Of a DNA stretch of 64,000 nucleotides, positions 60,891 to 64,000 are shown piece after piece. The stretch covers positions 96,001 to 160,000 of the forward strand of contig JBBILD010000007.1 in assembly GCA_037445065.1 (NCBI GenBank). The letters run 5' to 3'. The DNA comes from Myxococcales bacterium (GTDB lineage Bacteria > Desulfobacterota > Binatia > HRBIN30). A program made the position numbers and the translations under genes. The notes beneath the pieces were generated by a model. The model searched no databases. It was given only the letters and a program-made list of their open reading frames with translations, and had not been told where the DNA came from. Within the stretch, counting starts at the first letter, position 1. The number at the start of each line of letters is the position of its first letter.

Positions 60891-60930
60891 TGCTAGCTCG
60901 GGGCGTTAGCGCGGCTGGTAGAGAGGTCGG

Positions 60931-63900
60931 TCAAGTGAAATGCAGGTTGCGGTAGGTCCGGAACAACTGGGTTGTTGCTTGCCGGGAGGCCCCCACGAAG
61001 GTCACCTCGCCTCCGACGGCTTGGTGAATGACGAAACGGAAGGGGGCTCCTAGGGGACCTCGGAAGAGGTGCGTTCCGGGAAACATGTGGCCGAGCGCGT
61101 GCTGGTCTTGCAAGAAGTGCGAAGCAGCTCCGAGAGCCTGCAGTTTGTTGTCACCTGTCACGATGCCATCGAGCGCAGCTCGGTAATTCTCCGCGGCCGC
61201 CCCACTAAAGTGCCCCTGGTTGTTGAGTGCGGCCCACCATTGGCGGTACCACGGTTCACCGAAAGCATCCTGGGCGAGATTGTTGCGGACCAGGATTTCT
61301 GCCTCGAAACCGTTGTAGCCCGCATCCAAGGCCGCCTCGCGGGTGATGTCGGCGTGCGTCGCGGTGTCGCTGGCCGGGATGATGCCTTCCCGTGCGGGTT
61401 CGAAGCCGCCTGGGTTCAGGATCTTCTGGTCGAAGTAGGCGGATGAGAAAATCCCGGCAGCCGCGGCGCCCAGTTTGACCAGGTCACCGGGCAGACCGGC
61501 TCCATTGCCGATCTCTTGGGTGGCGTGCGAGGCGACTGTACTGAAAGCCGAGCGCACAGCCACTACACGCAGAGTGTTCACCGCTTGTGCAACGCTGATG
61601 CCCTGTGCGGCGGAACCAGCAAGCGAAGAGATCACCATGTTGGCCGTCGCCGCCACTACTCCTAGGCCTACGCCGACAGCTCCCGCGATCGCGCCGCTAA
61701 TGGCAGCCTTTCCGATTTGGCTCAACGGCAACCCTTGAGCCGCAGCGGCCATGGCACTGATCGCAGCCGAGAGAACCGCGGCGACCAGTACCGCTATGAG
61801 GATTTCTATGAACTCGCCATTGGCGTCCGTCAAATTGGTCGGATTCCACGCCGCGTAGGAGTACGGGTTGAAGAACTGGCGCGCTGGATCGTGGCTTTGG
61901 AACATGGCGATGTCCGAGTCGTAAAAGCGCGCGCCGGCGTAGAGTAAGCCGCTCAATGGCTCGCGCTGGTACCCGGTAAAGTCGCGGCACGCTCGTACGT
62001 CGCCGCAGGCGAGGCCGGAGAGTCGCCGGCCATCGGCGCTAAAGTATCCGATGAGCCCGCCAAAGGGGGCGAAGCGGATGTGGGCCATCACAGCGCCACT
62101 GTCGCTGGTAATCATTTCTGTCGAACCGACGTGGTTCAGGTGGTAGTAGGCGAACTCGCTAGGTAGCCCCTGCGCGGCAGTTGGCCGAACCAGCAAGGGC
62201 CACGGGAAGGTCGCAAAAAAGAAGACCATTGCGACCAGCGCGATGCGCCCGCGCCCGACCTTGCCCAGGAAGGAAAGGCGGGTGCGGCTGGGAGCGATCC
62301 ACAGGCATGCGATGAGCGTGAGGCCGAGCAAAGCGAACACGGGTGCGGCATCGGGGCGGACGACGACTTGCAGAAAGGGAATGCCCTCGGCCGTGCGGGA
62401 GGCGAGCAGGCGGATTGCGGCGCGCCCGGGCGCACTGGCAAAGGCCGGGTTGGTGGCTTTTTGCGAGGCGAGCAGGATCTTGCCGGCAAAGTAATATTTG
62501 GTCAGGTAGCCGTTTTCCGCCTCGGCCAGGCCGAAGTAATTCCGAGTCCACGGACCACCACCATTACGCATGCCGATGCGATTGCCGGCTTGGTCATAGG
62601 CAAATTCGACCGCACCGCCGTCCACGCGAACCAGTCGATTTTCGGCGTCGTACTCGTAAGTACGGTTTGCGTTGCGGATTCGGTTCCCGTTCGCGTCGTA
62701 TTGCACCAGGTGTTCCAGCCCGTCCACAGCTACGACTTGGTGCGGGCGCTGCCGCGTGTAGAAGAGGGTGCTTCCCTCTTTTTGAACCAGGTTCCCGAGC
62801 GGATCGTAGGCGTACTCCAGATCCGCGTTCGCTCCTGGTAGGTGCACGGCGCGCAAGCGGCCAAGCCCGTCGTAGGTGAACGCCGCGCTGCGATCGAGGT
62901 CGGGTACCGCCGGCGCGTTCGGCTCGCTGAGCGTGGCTAGGAAGCCGTTGGCGTTGTAGCTCGAGTAGTTGAGTTTCTGCAGGATTTGTCCCGCGCGCTC
63001 ACTCCGGCTCGAGGACAAGCGGAAGTTGTTGGAGACGTCCGCGTACTCGCGCACGTCACGCACACCGTTGCCGAGGAGCAATTCGCGCGGCCGTGCGAAC
63101 ATGTCGTAACCGATGCGGCGGGCGTACACCCGCTGTCCGATGACCGCATACACTTGGCCAGCCGGGTCGTAGCGGTAGCGGACCCGCTCGCCGTCGGGGT
63201 AGGTTACGGAGGCAATGTTGCCGGCTGCGTCGTACGCCCAGAGGAGTGTGCCCCTTGTGTCAGGCTCCCCGGGCAGGCTGAGGGTCACCTGGTTGGCGAC
63301 CGGGCGCCCGTGCACGTCGTAAAAAGTGAGGTTCGTTCCGGTGGCTTCGTACACGGCGGTAAGCCGCGAGACGGCGCCGCGCGGATCCAGATTCGGGAAA
63401 TCGGAGGACACCCAGACGTGGCGGTCGTACTGGTATCGCACGTCCGGCCGCGGGTCGTCGCAGCGGTGCACGTACGAATCGCCGCTCGAGTAATACTTGG
63501 CGATGAGTCGCCCCAGAGCGTCGTAACAGAGGCTGATGTGGCGGCCACTGGCCGGATCGTTCACGTAGACCAAATTGCCGTTGGCATCGTACCCGTATTG
63601 CCACACTCCGGAGTTCGGATCTTCGCGCTGGACCAAGAGCCCGCGGGAGTCGTACGTGAAACGGCTAGCGGTGGCGGCGTCCCACACGCCTGGGGCGGTC
63701 CCTTGGAGGGTTTCCAACACACGACCGAACGCGTCGAAGCGGCTCGCGGTGGCCTGCAGGAAGCGGTCCCCGCTGCGCGTCGTCTTCTCTACGACACGAC
63801 CGAAACCGTCTCGCTTCTCCAGTGTGCGTGCCCCTTCACAAGTACCGGCATTCGTGCAGGGGTCGATGGTTTCGACGGACCACGCTGCCGGGTACTCGAA

Positions 63901-63999
63901 GCGGGTCACGGCGCCGTCGGGAGCGATGCGTTCGGTGGGGCGATCGAGTAAATCGTAGGAAACCAACGTAGCGCCGTACGCAAGCGGAGGGGTGACGTA
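60931..63999 (-). CDS. RHS/YD-repeat protein with C-terminal putative toxin domain (5' partial)
   Basis: Many YD..GR repeats; core YYHLNHVGS, FTGYQRE, YAGARFYD, NPYSY...PTNLTDANG; frame open to window end. Confidence 0.9.
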   Translation of the reverse strand, partial: YVTPPLAYGATLVSYDLLDRPTERIAPDGAVTRFEYPAAWSVETIDPCTNAGTCEGARTLEKRDGFGRVVEKTTRSGDRFLQATASRFDAFGRVLETLQGTAPGVWDAATASRFTYDSRGLLVQREDPNSGVWQYGYDANGNLVYVNDPASGRHISLCYDALGRLIAKYYSSGDSYVHRCDDPRPDVRYQYDRHVWVSSDFPNLDPRGAVSRLTAVYEATGTNLTFYDVHGRPVANQVTLSLPGEPDTRGTLLWAYDAAGNIASVTYPDGERVRYRYDPAGQVYAVIGQRVYARRIGYDMFARPRELLLGNGVRDVREYADVSNNFRLSSSRSERAGQILQKLNYSSYNANGFLATLSEPNAPAVPDLDRSAAFTYDGLGRLRAVHLPGANADLEYAYDPLGNLVQKEGSTLFYTRQRPHQVVAVDGLEHLVQYDANGNRIRNANRTYEYDAENRLVRVDGGAVEFAYDQAGNRIGMRNGGGPWTRNYFGLAEAENGYLTKYYFAGKILLASQKATNPAFASAPGRAAIRLLASRTAEGIPFLQVVVRPDAAPVFALLGLTLIACLWIAPSRTRLSFLGKVGRGRIALVAMVFFFATFPWPLLVRPTAAQGLPSEFAYYHLNHVGSTEMITSDSGAVMAHIRFAPFGGLIGYFSADGRRLSGLACGDVRACRDFTGYQREPLSGLLYAGARFYDSDIAMFQSHDPARQFFNPYSYAAWNPTNLTDANGEFIEILIAVLVAAVLSAAISAMAAAAQGLPLSQIGKAAISGAIAGAVGVGLGVVAATANMVISSLAGSAAQGISVAQAVNTLRVVAVRSAFSTVASHATQEIGNGAGLPGDLVKLGAAAAGIFSSAYFDQKILNPGGFEPAREGIIPASDTATHADITREAALDAGYNGFEAEILVRNNLAQDAFGEPWYRQWWAALNNQGHFSGAAAENYRAALDGIVTGDNKLQALGAASHFLQDQHALGHMFPGTHLFRGPLGAPFRFVIHQAVGGEVTFVGASRQATTQLFRTYRNLHFT

Positions 64000-64000
64000 G

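Overview
GC-rich bacterial chromosomal segment with about 50 CDS. I recognised no rRNA, tRNA, CRISPR array or intact mobile element. A recurrent Cys-flanked 'GDCxxDGxVTVDEL' dockerin-like module, together with F420-type, wax-ester and hydantoinase genes, suggests a Candidatus Binatia/Binatota-like diderm (inference only). Main blocks: (1) ahpC plus a Tat-exported SOD; (2) a cobalamin-riboswitch-controlled B12 uptake locus (btuB/F/C/D) with three extra secreted proteins, two resembling BtuG- and BtuH-type B12 capture proteins and carrying dockerin-like tags; (3) housekeeping and metabolic genes (EF-P variant, D-aminoacylase, M28 peptidases, cnoX, panE, UbiA-cupin-gmd-rmd, DUF1302, hydantoinase B/A, LLM oxidoreductase, acyl-CoA ligase + WS/DGAT, ampG operon); (4) a translationally coupled 7-gene porin-multiheme-cytochrome operon with 48 heme-binding motifs, running from a dockerin-tagged MtrC/OmcA-like decaheme to an ImcH-like inner-membrane quinol oxidase and including an 18-heme tandem-repeat lipoprotein; (5) a dockerin-tagged alpha/beta hydrolase and a partial RHS protein. 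The best candidate for an undescribed system is a dockerin-type surface display network that would tether electron-transfer, B12-capture, peptidase and lipase cargo. All calls come from motif reading by eye; no searches were run.
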